64,000 bases of DNA, taken from NCBI GenBank assembly GCA_045863295.1, contig BTWA01000009.1:127106-191105 (forward strand), in the 5' to 3' direction. Every line of letters starts with the position of its first letter. Position 1 is the stretch's first letter. This DNA is from Candidatus Hydrogenedentota bacterium (GTDB lineage: Bacteria; Hydrogenedentota; Hydrogenedentia; Hydrogenedentales; SLHB01). Positions 1 to 9,582 of this stretch are shown here, piece by piece. The position numbers and the translations under genes were made by a program. Under the pieces are notes generated by a model. The model had not been told where the DNA came from and ran no database searches. It worked only from the letters and a program-made list of their open reading frames with translations.

Positions 1-1607
1 TCAATGGGAGCGCCGCCCGCATGCCACAGGGCGGGATGTTCGTACCATGTGTCGGCGATGTGGCCGTGCGGCTTTTCGATCATGTAGCCGTCGGCAAACG
101 TGGCGATAAAGGGCATGTGCAAACCGGCATAAATGGGCCGGTCTGGACCCAGAGCCTCGCGCGCGAGGGTCAATACGCGGCGAATTGCTTCTACACGGGT
201 GAACGCCTTGTTACTGAACCTCTCGACGCACCAGAGCGCGTGCAGGTCGGCGATGGGAGTGGCCGCATCCAAGTGCCACTCGTTTACCGCCCGGGCGATG
301 GAATCGCGCATGTGTTGTTCCACCTCGGGTAGACCGATATCGAGCACGCGCCTATCCTTTCCGACCCAAATCTGGCCGTTTGTTGTGGCGGGCGCGATCC
401 AGTCCGGATGTTCGCGTACGATGGAGGAGTCCGCAGGTACGGTGACGAGGTTGAGTGGCAGGCCGATATGAATGTTCTGCTTGCGCGCGGATTCGACAAC
501 GGATCCGAAGTTTTCCGGGGCGATATTGGCTGCTGCTTCCAGAGGGGCGTTGTTTAGCGGCCATGCGTGGCCTAGCATGGCGTAGTTCCATCCGAGCGCT
601 GTGTAACGTTCCGAGAGGTTTTCGGCCTCGTACATCAGAGCGTCGTTGCTTTCAATTTCGTCCGACAGCACGATGCCTTGGGGCGAGGATGTCTTGCGAT
701 GGGTTGTCTTCTGTACGACCGCGACTGCCTGGCCGAATCGTTCGAGGCCCTTGACGGCAGACTCGTCGGTTACTCCCAGGTATACCGTCTCGGACTCAAG
801 GCGTCCGCCGGGCGGGACCTCAACGGGCGGGTCGTATACATTGGCGATTTGAAAGCGTTGAAAGCGGGGTCCGATATTGCGTGCGTCGGACCAGATCTTC
901 TTGTCCGGCGCGGCGGTAGTGGGGAGCGCAAGTTCAATGTAGGTCACCGCGCGATCGTGTGTGAGTGTGCCTGCAATCAGGCTGCGGCCGTTCGCGGGAT
1001 TCCATAGGGCCACGTTCCACCAACTCTTCGCGTCCGCGCCGCGAACAAGGCGCGGCCCTGGGGCGTCCCAGGGTAGGCCGAGGCGGCGAACGGACGCGAT
1101 GGATTTCTGTGTGGCTTCTCCCAGCGTGACGCCGCCGGTCTTCTCATCCGTGGTTACCGGCATCAGCATCTTGATCTTGACTGGTTTTGCCGTGTCGTTC
1201 ACATAGACAGCCTGAAACACGAGAAACGGCTGCGCGGTATAGGTTCGTATACCCCACTCGCAGTTTCCTTTGCGCAATATGATTCCCTGACCCTCGCCGA
1301 GGCGATCGTTCACCGCCTGGCGCTCGCTGAAACGGCCTTCAAGTTCGAGGGGTTCTGGGTATTCTTCGCCATCAAACCAGACCATCGGCAATACGTTTGC
1401 CACGATGGGTGTGCTTGGGCCGCTTAGCAAGTTGATATCAAGCCGTCCGTTCTTCTGTACGGACACTTCATAGGAACCGCCCGAGACCGTGCGCAGTTCC
1501 TGTCCAGGCCGGTAGAGCGGAGCAGCCATCGCACAAAGGGATTCCGCGAATGCAAGGAGGCAGCCGCACGCCAGACGGACGATTTGTGTTTTTCTACTAC
1601 AAGGCAT
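1..1607 (-). CDS. Secreted GH36/alpha-galactosidase-like protein with degenerate catalytic motifs (3' end runs off the window; not in ORF track)
   Basis: Manual translation from ATG at 1607 (MPCSRKTQIVRLACGCLLAFAESLCAMAAP..., signal-peptide-like) stays open to base 1. Contains ...EHPDWI...VLDIGLPEVEQHMRDSIARAVNEWHLD, resembling the GH36 barrel. Confidence 0.6.
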   Translation of the reverse strand, partial: MPCSRKTQIVRLACGCLLAFAESLCAMAAPLYRPGQELRTVSGGSYEVSVQKNGRLDINLLSGPSTPIVANVLPMVWFDGEEYPEPLELEGRFSERQAVNDRLGEGQGIILRKGNCEWGIRTYTAQPFLVFQAVYVNDTAKPVKIKMLMPVTTDEKTGGVTLGEATQKSIASVRRLGLPWDAPGPRLVRGADAKSWWNVALWNPANGRSLIAGTLTHDRAVTYIELALPTTAAPDKKIWSDARNIGPRFQRFQIANVYDPPVEVPPGGRLESETVYLGVTDESAVKGLERFGQAVAVVQKTTHRKTSSPQGIVLSDEIESNDALMYEAENLSERYTALGWNYAMLGHAWPLNNAPLEAAANIAPENFGSVVESARKQNIHIGLPLNLVTVPADSSIVREHPDWIAPATTNGQIWVGKDRRVLDIGLPEVEQHMRDSIARAVNEWHLDAATPIADLHALWCVERFSNKAFTRVEAIRRVLTLAREALGPDRPIYAGLHMPFIATFADGYMIEKPHGHIADTWYEHPALWHAGGAPI

Positions 1608-1635
1608 GATTCCATCCAGGTGTAAAAGGCCGGGG

Positions 1636-2664
1636 CTATCCTCTGACGGATACCTTTCGACCGGTGCTGTTTGATTTGTAGGCCGCCAATGCAACGGCAA
1701 GCGCATCCTTTCCCGCTTGGCCGTCCATGGAGAATGGCACTTTTTCTTCAACGACATCGAGCCAATATGCTATCTCGACGGGCCAGCCTCCGGTGGCGGG
1801 TTTCTTGTCGAGGACCTTCCACGTCGCTACGCTGTCCGAGCCTGCTGAGGCTTTTCCAGTGCACAGTTGCAGCCCCTTAGCGTAGTCGCAAATGATGGAG
1901 CCCTTGACGCCGTAAATCTCTATGCCGTTAAAACCCGGCTGGCTGGTCCAGCCGGCCTCGACATATCCCAATGCGCCGCTTTCAAATTCCAGCATAAGCA
2001 CGGCATTGTCGTCCACGTTGATCTTTTTCACCAGTGTCGCTGCCGTCGCACTGACTGATGCGACGGGTCCCATTAGCCATAGGCATTGATCGATCGCGTG
2101 AATGCCCATATCAAACATGGCTCCGCCAAATGCTTGTTTCTTGTCATAGAACCAATCATCCTTCGCCCAGCCGGGTATGGGGCCGCCATGAGCGAACCGG
2201 ACGCGAATCATGAAGGGCTTGCCAATGGCGTTGCCCATTAGCAATTTTTTGCACGTTTCCGGGCCGCGATACAGGCGGTGCGTGAAGCCAACCATCAGTT
2301 TGCGTTTCGCCTTTTTGGCGGCGGCAATCATCCGGTCCGCCTCGCGCAGCGTGACGGCCATTGGTTTTTCGCACAACACGTGGCACCCGGCTTCCAGCGC
2401 GGCAATCGTAGCTTCCGCGTGGAGATAGTTGGGTGTGCACACACTGACCACATCGAGTTGCTCCTTCTTGAGCATTTCCCGATAGTCGGTATATCCCTTG
2501 GCGCGAGGATATCGTTTCAATACTTCGGTGTGCCTTGCCTTGGCGGGGTCCGCAAACGCCGCAAAATTCGATCTGGAATCCTTTGCATAGCCGGGAATAT
2601 GACAGGCCTGCGCTATAGCCCCGGCGGCAATGACACCGGCCTTGTACGTGGCATTCTTTGCCAT
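1636..2664 (-). CDS. Gfo/Idh/MocA family oxidoreductase
   Basis: GVIAAGAIA Rossmann start, HVLCEKP, GGAMFDMGIH; GAGGAG RBS before ATG 2664. Confidence 0.92.
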   Translation of the reverse strand: MAKNATYKAGVIAAGAIAQACHIPGYAKDSRSNFAAFADPAKARHTEVLKRYPRAKGYTDYREMLKKEQLDVVSVCTPNYLHAEATIAALEAGCHVLCEKPMAVTLREADRMIAAAKKAKRKLMVGFTHRLYRGPETCKKLLMGNAIGKPFMIRVRFAHGGPIPGWAKDDWFYDKKQAFGGAMFDMGIHAIDQCLWLMGPVASVSATAATLVKKINVDDNAVLMLEFESGALGYVEAGWTSQPGFNGIEIYGVKGSIICDYAKGLQLCTGKASAGSDSVATWKVLDKKPATGGWPVEIAYWLDVVEEKVPFSMDGQAGKDALAVALAAYKSNSTGRKVSVRG

Positions 2665-2841
2665 GCGAAACGCTCCTCGGTTTCGCGAAAGTGTACGGGC
2701 CGATGGCGGGGGATGCAAGAAGGTAACAGGCGCAGGCGTGGAACCGCCCCGGTCAAGCTCATTTGCCGCTGGACAGGATTCTCACGCCATGTGAATTCCG
2801 GCCGTTCGTGGCGGCGGCGTTGCACCACCGCCACGCGCGCA

Positions 2842-3381
2842 TCAGTCGTGGTACCGGTTGCTCAGCACCGCCGCCATTTGTTCCGGACTCTGGTTGCTTG
2901 CGAGCCGTTGCAGGTCATCGATCGTGTAGGGTCGTTTGACCAGTTTTAACTGAAGCTCGTCGCGCAACTTTTCGCGCTCGACGTCGCGCTCGAACCGGCT
3001 GATGGCCCGGAGCATGTCCTGACGGCTGATACGGCCAATGGGTTTTCCGTCGGCCATCACGGGCAATACGGCGAAGTTGGTCGACAGAAACTTCTGTGCG
3101 ACACTGAACAGGTCTTCATCCGGTTCGATCGCCACTTTCATTTCGGACATGAAATCCGCGACCACGCCTTGTGCCAGTTGTTCATAGGATGCATTGGTGA
3201 GCACGCGAAGACAGTCTTTCTCCGTGAGAATGCCCAACAAGCGTCCTTCGCTGTCGAGTACGGGAGCCCCGGAAGCCTTTTTGCTTTGCAGGATGTGAAT
3301 GGCGTCATACACATCCATGTTCGGCGACAAGGACACGTACCATTTGGCGAAGAATTCGCGTGCGGTAGGAACTTTGACCAT
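2842..3381 (-). CDS. CBS-domain pair protein
   Basis: APVLDSEGRLLGILTEKD and LPVMADGKPIGRISRQD; AAGGAGGT RBS before ATG 3381. Confidence 0.9.
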   Translation of the reverse strand: MVKVPTAREFFAKWYVSLSPNMDVYDAIHILQSKKASGAPVLDSEGRLLGILTEKDCLRVLTNASYEQLAQGVVADFMSEMKVAIEPDEDLFSVAQKFLSTNFAVLPVMADGKPIGRISRQDMLRAISRFERDVEREKLRDELQLKLVKRPYTIDDLQRLASNQSPEQMAAVLSNRYHD

Positions 3382-3675
3382 GTGCCACCTCCTTTGTTCA
3401 AGGACGGCGCTGCCCTGCGCCACCCATGGCGTTGGTCACAACCCTCAGCTTCGTTATACCAGACAAATCGCCATTTTTGGGGATTATTTTTTGATGCAAT
3501 CTAAAGGTGTTGATGGCAGATAACTTAGTGCGGATTCGTGAACGAAAGTGCAATTACAGGGGGCGCTGTGCAACGCACTTTTAATTGAGTTTTTCTGCAC
3601 GATTCAGTCTCGCCAATGCAACAAGCGGTGCCCATAGATAGAACCTGTTTTCATGCTGACCAGGGAGATTGTTTC

Positions 3676-4383
3676 ATGGGCTACCCATCCGCAAAGCCAC
3701 TGCGTACCGCCGCCGTTCATCAAGGTTTCTATACGCCAATTCACGATCGACTGTTGTACTCGAGCGCCTTTCAGTCCCTGACAAACGCGCAACAAATCGT
3801 GCTGATCGAGATGTATCGCGATTGGTGGAAGACCTCACAATGCGGTGCGAACCCGGCCATCGTCTTCGCCTTTGCCTACAACACGGGCCGGCTCGTGCGC
3901 GAACGGGCGTTTTACGAAGCGCTCAAGCGCATCGTTGCATTGGGATTCTTCGAATCGGTTGAGTCCGGTCGCATGGGCTTGGCCAACCGCTTCCGCATTT
4001 CGCGCCTCTGGCAGGAAGGCCAACGCGTTGCACACACCGCGCCCCTCGCGGAACCCCCACCGCACGCTATGCCGGATGCGCCCGCGTCTGCCGCAGCCGC
4101 GTCTGATGTGAAACCACAAGTTTCGTCCGCACGAAAGGCAGGCCTATTAAGAAAGAAAATGGATCAAGAAAAAATTCTAGAACCGAACTGGGTTGAATTA
4201 TTTGATTTGCTGAAAAAGAAATGCATTCCCGATGCGGATGCGCGGGAGATACTCAACCTTGTGCGGGAGTCGCCTCAGGCCGAACCCTATCTCCGGATGG
4301 CGCTCCGCATGACTCACGGCCAACCCGCCGCCATGAAGGACAAACTTTCGCATTGGCTCCAGTGGGAGGGAGGCGACGCCTAA
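3676..4383 (+). CDS. Hypothetical winged-helix protein resembling phage/plasmid replication-initiator-like HTH proteins
   Basis: IHDRLLYSSAFQSLTNAQQIVLIEM...ALKRIVALGFFESVESG...ANRFRIS pattern, Pro/Ala linker, helical C-terminus; GGGAG RBS. Confidence 0.45.
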   Translation: MGYPSAKPLRTAAVHQGFYTPIHDRLLYSSAFQSLTNAQQIVLIEMYRDWWKTSQCGANPAIVFAFAYNTGRLVRERAFYEALKRIVALGFFESVESGRMGLANRFRISRLWQEGQRVAHTAPLAEPPPHAMPDAPASAAAASDVKPQVSSARKAGLLRKKMDQEKILEPNWVELFDLLKKKCIPDADAREILNLVRESPQAEPYLRMALRMTHGQPAAMKDKLSHWLQWEGGDA

Positions 4384-4405
4384 TGTGGCAAAGTCGAGTT
4401 CTATC

Positions 4406-4484
4406 GTCCCGCCGGGACTTTGCGGATTGCGCCTGTATACCCGCCCTTGAAAGGGCGGGCTATCGTCTGGTGTCCCTCCGGGAC
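4406..4484. repeat. REP-like palindromic element
   Basis: GTCCCGCCGGGAC (4406-4418), CCCGCCCTT-GA-AAGGGCGGG hairpin (4440-4459), GTCCCTCCGGGAC (4472-4484). Confidence 0.7.
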
Positions 4485-4655
4485 TGTCAAGGAGGATTGC
4501 TGGTTGCTGTTCGTAAGGCGTGATTGTGTTCAGCAATCTTGCCTTTGGCCGGTACGCGCAATACACTATCGCCCTTGTATGGGGGAGCGCTTTGGGTTCC
4601 CCTGATTGTATAGAGGTTATTCTTCGCTACGGCGAGGTGTGGAAAGGGGTCGGGC

Positions 4656-5936
4656 ATGGCCGGCAAGGGTGTGGCGGAACGGTGTGAAGGGTATTTGAAT
4701 GAGGTGCAGAATCACCTTCGGGATGAGCTGCTGCCATTCTGGCTGACGCATGGGGTGGATAAGGAATACGGCGGCTACCTCACGTACCTCGACAAGGACG
4801 GCAACCCCACTGGCGAGACGTTGAAGACGCATCTGTGCCAAACGCGGATGATCTACACCTATTCATCGGTGCACCGTGCGGGGTTTGGTTCCGGGGAGTT
4901 TCTGGAAAATGCGCGACAGGGCGTGAATTTCATGATCGAGCATTTTTGGGACGACGATCACGGCGGATGGTTTTGGACGGCCCAGCAAGACGGGACGCCT
5001 GTAAACCAAAGCAAATTGACCTACGGCCAATCGTTCGCCATTTATGCCCTGAGTGAATTTCAGATGGCCTCAGGTGACTACCGGGGCCTTGAGTGGGCGG
5101 TAAAAACCTACGAGACCATCGAGGCGCTGGCGTCGGACAACAACTACGGTGGCTTCTACGAATTTCTGGAGCGGGACTGGCAGCTCAAGCGGCCCGGCAA
5201 GTACGGCGGCGACCGCAAATCCTTCGACGTGCACATGCACCTTATGGAGGCCTTCACGAATTTGTACGAGGCCACCGGCAAGGAAATTTACAAGCGCCGA
5301 ACGGTGGAGATCATCTCGCTCATCTTTAATCGGATACTCCATCCACATTCGCGATTGGGTGTGGCCCAGTTCATGCTCGACTGGACGCCGACGCGGCAGA
5401 TTCTGTTTAACGACGTGTGGGGATCCGACCGCGATGCGGGCGAGGATCAGGGCCGTCCGCTGGACAACACCAGCTTCGGTCACAACGTCGAATTCGGCTG
5501 GCTATTGCTTCATGCCATCCGCATCCTGGAATTGGATGTGGAAGAGTACAAGCCCGTATTGAAGAAGATTTTCGACCATGCCGCGCAATACGGCGTGGAC
5601 TACAAGAACGGCGGTATCTTTTGCGAAGGATCACACGGCGGCGAGGTGACGGAAACCAACAAGGAATTCTGGCAACAGGCAGAATGCCTGGTGGGATTTC
5701 TAGATGCCTATCTGCTGTTCGGCGATGAGAAATACCTGGATGCCTACGAGGCGGTGCACCGATTCACGATGGACCACGTCATCAACCACAAAGTGGGCGA
5801 GTGGTACCCGTTGTTCGACAAGGACAATAACCGGCTCTGGGATTACATGGCCCATGCGTGGAAGATCAACTACCACACCGTGCGCAGCATGGTGCAATCC
5901 GAAGCGCGGCTGTTGAAGATTCTGGCGGCAAAATAA
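4656..5936 (+). CDS. AGE-family epimerase/isomerase (cellobiose/N-acylglucosamine 2-epimerase-like)
   Basis: QTRMIY, HMHLMEA, FGHNVEFGW, WQQAE, WKINYH motifs. Confidence 0.9.
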   Translation: MAGKGVAERCEGYLNEVQNHLRDELLPFWLTHGVDKEYGGYLTYLDKDGNPTGETLKTHLCQTRMIYTYSSVHRAGFGSGEFLENARQGVNFMIEHFWDDDHGGWFWTAQQDGTPVNQSKLTYGQSFAIYALSEFQMASGDYRGLEWAVKTYETIEALASDNNYGGFYEFLERDWQLKRPGKYGGDRKSFDVHMHLMEAFTNLYEATGKEIYKRRTVEIISLIFNRILHPHSRLGVAQFMLDWTPTRQILFNDVWGSDRDAGEDQGRPLDNTSFGHNVEFGWLLLHAIRILELDVEEYKPVLKKIFDHAAQYGVDYKNGGIFCEGSHGGEVTETNKEFWQQAECLVGFLDAYLLFGDEKYLDAYEAVHRFTMDHVINHKVGEWYPLFDKDNNRLWDYMAHAWKINYHTVRSMVQSEARLLKILAAK

Positions 5937-6178
5937 AGCGGCACGCCGCGGGCCAAGTTCCGTTGGGTGCCACCATCCAATCCGCGTGAGCGGCATTGGG
6001 AGGTGTGTATCGAAGCGGTTGCCTTAGTTTGCCGCATGCAACGTTGTTGTGAACGATGGCCTGCGGGTGGCTGAACCTCCTAACGCTCTGTCGTGCGTTA
6101 GAAGGTGGCGCCCTGAGGATGGCGTGTTGAGAGGGGTGTTACCTTCCAGTTTCCGTTAGCGGCATTGGGATGTGCGGA

Positions 6179-6193
6179 TCGTAACTTACCCAA
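6179..6193 (-). pseudogene. Possible 5' remnant of hicA toxin (MGKLR only)
   Basis: TTG GGT AAG TTA CGA overlaps the hicB stop; the frame then shows no HicA GSH motif and stops after about 30 codons. Confidence 0.45.
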
Positions 6194-6407
6194 CGGCGAT
6201 GTCGACGCGGGTCACGTACACTTCGTCGCTCAGGCGTGCGGCAACTTCGGATGGGGACGCGGATTCAAGGAAGAGTTCTATGGCTTCTTTGAGATTCTGG
6301 CAGGCCTCTTCGATGGTTGCACCCTGGCTGGCAATATCAAGCTCAGGACACAGGCTCACGTAGCCGTCCGATTCCCGTTCGATGATTGCGGTATATTGCT
6401 TCGTCAT
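6186..6407 (-). CDS. hicB: HicB-family antitoxin (short form)
   Basis: YTAIIERESDGYVSLCPELDIASQGATIEEACQNLKEAIELFLE. Confidence 0.9.
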   Translation of the reverse strand: MTKQYTAIIERESDGYVSLCPELDIASQGATIEEACQNLKEAIELFLESASPSEVAARLSDEVYVTRVDIAVG

Positions 6408-6485
6408 GGTTGAATCCCGCCAAAAGGTACTGCTTCCATCCCTTAGTTTACGCTATCCGGGAGGATTTGGGAAGTGCGAACACTT

Positions 6486-6671
6486 TGGCCTGCGGAAGCT
6501 TGCATCCGCCTTGCCCGAGGGTGCTTGTTCCCGCGCGATCGATCGAGTCCTTTACGATATGCAAGCTGGCCAGTGCGAAATCTTCCAGTCTTCCGCGTAA
6601 GCGCTAGCTTATTCCTTCGAAACCGCAAGCGAGCTTGCTTCACTAAGGCGGAAGCGAGCTTCCGCGGTCCA
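6486..6671. repeat. REPIN/MITE-like element with imperfect terminal inverted repeats
   Basis: Left TGGCCTGCGGAAGCTTGCATCCGCCTT vs reverse complement of right end TGGACCGCGGAAGCTCGCTTCCGCCTT; internal AAGC-GA-GCTT mini-hairpins. Confidence 0.65.
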
Positions 6672-6678
6672 TAGAAGC

Positions 6679-7836
6679 CTACGACAACCGGTCTTTGTAA
6701 TCTTCGTAGCCGAAGTTGCGTATGACTTTTACCAGTTTGGTTTCAGAGTTGTAGATGGCGATGGAGGGCAGGCGCACGCCGTTGAAGGTGGTGTTTTTTA
6801 CCATGGTGTAGTGGGCCATGTCGCCGAAGATGAGCTTGTCGCCGATGTGGAGCGGCTCTTCGAAGGACCAATCGCCGATGACGTCGCCCGCAAGGCAGGT
6901 GAGGCCGCCGAGGCGGTAGGTGTGGGGGAATTCGCCTACGTTGCCGCCGCCGGTGATGATAGGGCGGTAGGGCATCTCCAACACGTCGGGCATGTGGGCC
7001 GTGGCCGAGGTGTCGAGGATGGCAAGCTGCATATCGTTCTCAAAGATGTCGAGCACGGTGGCCACGAGGATGCCCGTGTTGAGAGCGATGGCCTCGCCGG
7101 GTTCGAGGTAGACTTGCACGCCGTACTTGTCCATGAATCCACTGACGAGCCGGCAGAGCAAATCGACATCGTAGTCGGGGCGGGTGATGTGGTGGCCGCC
7201 GCCGAAGTTGATCCACTTCATTTGCCGGATGTGGTCGCCGAATTTTTCTTCCACGGCCTTCAACGTGCGTTCCAGGGCATCGGAATTCAGTTCGCACAGG
7301 GTGTGGAAGTGCAGGCCTTCCAGGCCGTCTAGCGATTCGCCGGCGATTTGCTCCACGCGTACGCCCAGGCGCGACTTCTTCGCGCAGGGGTCGTAGAGCG
7401 CGACCTTCACTTCCGAGTGTTCGGGGTTGATGCGTAGAGCACAGGAGACTTTTTTGCCGCTCGCTTCCACCACGGGCCTAAAGCGCTTCCACTGATTCAG
7501 CGAATTGAAGCTGATGTGGTCCACGAAGTCGAGATATTTTGGGAAGTCCTCGTCGCTGTACGCCGGGGCGTACGCATGCGTCTCGCCGCCGAATTCCACT
7601 TTTCCGAGTTGCGCCTCATGGGGCGAACTGGCGGTAACGCCCTTCAAATATTGGCGAATCAGCGGAAAGGTGCTCCACATGGCGAAGCCCTTCAGCGCCA
7701 GCAAAATGGTGCAGCCGGTGCGGGACTGCACACCGGCCAGCACTTCGAGATTTTTTTTCAGCAGCGCTTCGTCCACGACGTAGCACGGCGACGGCACTGA
7801 GTCCGGGTCAAATCCTACAAATCCTTGATGTGCCAT
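6679..7836 (-). CDS. nspC: Carboxynorspermidine decarboxylase
   Basis: LLALKGF PLP lysine, YDPCAKKSRLG, HFHTLCE, GGGHHIT, LEPGEA, HMPDVLEMPY, CLAGD. Confidence 0.95.
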   Translation of the reverse strand: MAHQGFVGFDPDSVPSPCYVVDEALLKKNLEVLAGVQSRTGCTILLALKGFAMWSTFPLIRQYLKGVTASSPHEAQLGKVEFGGETHAYAPAYSDEDFPKYLDFVDHISFNSLNQWKRFRPVVEASGKKVSCALRINPEHSEVKVALYDPCAKKSRLGVRVEQIAGESLDGLEGLHFHTLCELNSDALERTLKAVEEKFGDHIRQMKWINFGGGHHITRPDYDVDLLCRLVSGFMDKYGVQVYLEPGEAIALNTGILVATVLDIFENDMQLAILDTSATAHMPDVLEMPYRPIITGGGNVGEFPHTYRLGGLTCLAGDVIGDWSFEEPLHIGDKLIFGDMAHYTMVKNTTFNGVRLPSIAIYNSETKLVKVIRNFGYEDYKDRLS

Positions 7837-8990
7837 GGGAGTCCGTATTTGTTGAGGTCATCCATAAAGGGATCGGGGTTAAATTCTTCCACGTTGAAGA
7901 CGCCATTGCCGGTCCAAGTCTTTTCCATCACCATCTTCGCGCCAATCATGGCCGGCACGCCGGTGGTGTAGGACACGGCCTGTGCCTTCACTTCCTTGTA
8001 GCACTCGGCGTGGTCGCAGACGTTGTAGATGAAGACCTTCTTCGGCTTGCCATCCTTTACGCCTTCGATGATGCAGCCAATGCTGGTCTTGCCCGTGTAA
8101 TTCTCCGCGAGGGAGGCGGGGTCCGGCAGCAGCGCCTTGAGGAATTGCAGTGGCACAATCTGTTGTCCCTGAAATTCGACCGGGTCGATGCGCGTCATGC
8201 CTACGTTTTGCAGCACGCGCAGGTGGGTGAGGTATTCCTGACCGAAGGTCATCCAGAAGCGGATGCGTTTCAGGCCCTTGATGTTCTTGACCAGCGATTC
8301 CTCTTCTTCGTGGTAGATAAGGTAGGCCTTGCGCGGACCCACGCCTGGGAAGTCGAAATCCTGCGAAATGGACATGGGATCGATTTCGATCCACTCGCCG
8401 TTTTCCCAGTACTTGCCGCGTTGCGTCACTTCGCGGATGTTAATTTCGGGATTGAAATTCGTGGCGAAGGGGTGTCCGTGATCGCCCGCGTTACAATCTA
8501 CGATGTCCACGTAATGAATCTCGTCGAACAGGTGCTTCTGCGCATAGGCGCAGAAGATGTTGGTCACACCGGGGTCGAAGCCGCAGCCCAGCACAGCCAG
8601 CACGCCCTTGTCCTTGTAGCGATCCTGGTAGGCCCACTGCCAGCTATACTCGAACTTCGCCGTGTCATGGGGCTCGTAGTTGGCCGTGTCGAGATAGGCC
8701 GTGCCCGTCTCCAGGCACGCGTCCATGATGGGCAGGTCCTGGTAGGGCAGGGCCACGTTCACCACCAGGTCTGGCTTGTAGCTCTGAATCAGCTTCACCA
8801 TCTCCGGCACGTTATCCGCGTCGACTTGGGCGATGTCAATTTTCCGGGTGAGTTGGCTCTGGATTTTCTCGCAACGCGCAAGCGTGCGGCTCGCGAGGCA
8901 GATGTCAGTGAACACGTGCGGCAACTGCGCACACTTGTGCGTCACCACGCCGCCTACGCCGCCCGCGCCAATGATGAGAACGCGTCCCAT
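7815..8990 (-). CDS. Carboxynorspermidine dehydrogenase (saccharopine dehydrogenase family)
   Basis: IIGAGGVG, YLDTANYEP, GCGFDPG, FATNFNPEINIRE; overlaps nspC. Confidence 0.93.
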   Translation of the reverse strand: MGRVLIIGAGGVGGVVTHKCAQLPHVFTDICLASRTLARCEKIQSQLTRKIDIAQVDADNVPEMVKLIQSYKPDLVVNVALPYQDLPIMDACLETGTAYLDTANYEPHDTAKFEYSWQWAYQDRYKDKGVLAVLGCGFDPGVTNIFCAYAQKHLFDEIHYVDIVDCNAGDHGHPFATNFNPEINIREVTQRGKYWENGEWIEIDPMSISQDFDFPGVGPRKAYLIYHEEEESLVKNIKGLKRIRFWMTFGQEYLTHLRVLQNVGMTRIDPVEFQGQQIVPLQFLKALLPDPASLAENYTGKTSIGCIIEGVKDGKPKKVFIYNVCDHAECYKEVKAQAVSYTTGVPAMIGAKMVMEKTWTGNGVFNVEEFNPDPFMDDLNKYGLPWHIKDL

Positions 8991-9002
8991 GGATTTCCTT
9001 CC

Positions 9003-9518
9003 TTACTGGTTCAGTTTCTGCCCGGCATAATAGCCGGTATCCACAGCCTTCATGGCCTTGACCATGTGCGTAATCTGGCCTGTGTGATACGAGACATGCT
9101 CAATCACATGGACCAGGATACTCAGACCTGATTCGTCGTATATTTGAACCCGCCGCTTTTGCAGGAGCGTGTCCGGATCGATGCGCTCCAGGGTCTCCCG
9201 CAGAAAGGTCTCAGTTTCGTCCAGATGAGCCAACAATTCCGATGCGGGCATTGGACCGCTGGCCGCGAACTCCGATGCCCGGTTCCGGTTGTCGTTTGCG
9301 CCGCCAAGGCCGCTGCCGATCCACTGGCGGGCGTTGCCGCAGATATGCAGCATCAAATTGCCGACGCTATTGCACTCGCCATTAACCCGATGCCAAACAT
9401 CCTCCGGGCCGATCAACCCAAGACAGGTGCGCAGCCTTGGAAACGATTCCTCGAACAGGCGGCGCTTGGTTTCCTCAATCAGGGCTATGCCAAAGGCTGA
9501 ATTCACGACTACCTCCAC
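9003..9518 (-). CDS. DinB/DUF1572-like protein
   Basis: NSVGNLMLHICGN...RNRASEF...HVIEHVSYHTGQI. Confidence 0.85.
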   Translation of the reverse strand: MEVVVNSAFGIALIEETKRRLFEESFPRLRTCLGLIGPEDVWHRVNGECNSVGNLMLHICGNARQWIGSGLGGANDNRNRASEFAASGPMPASELLAHLDETETFLRETLERIDPDTLLQKRRVQIYDESGLSILVHVIEHVSYHTGQITHMVKAMKAVDTGYYAGQKLNQ

Positions 9519-9582
9519 AGCCCGAACGGGCCTCCGATGATACCGGACGGCCTATGCATACTCAATGAATCTCCGCGCATCG

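Noticed and set aside
7830..9131. 433-aa plus-strand ORF and many other long antisense ORFs
   Set aside because: Shadow frames of well-supported genes in GC-rich DNA, with no recognisable motifs.
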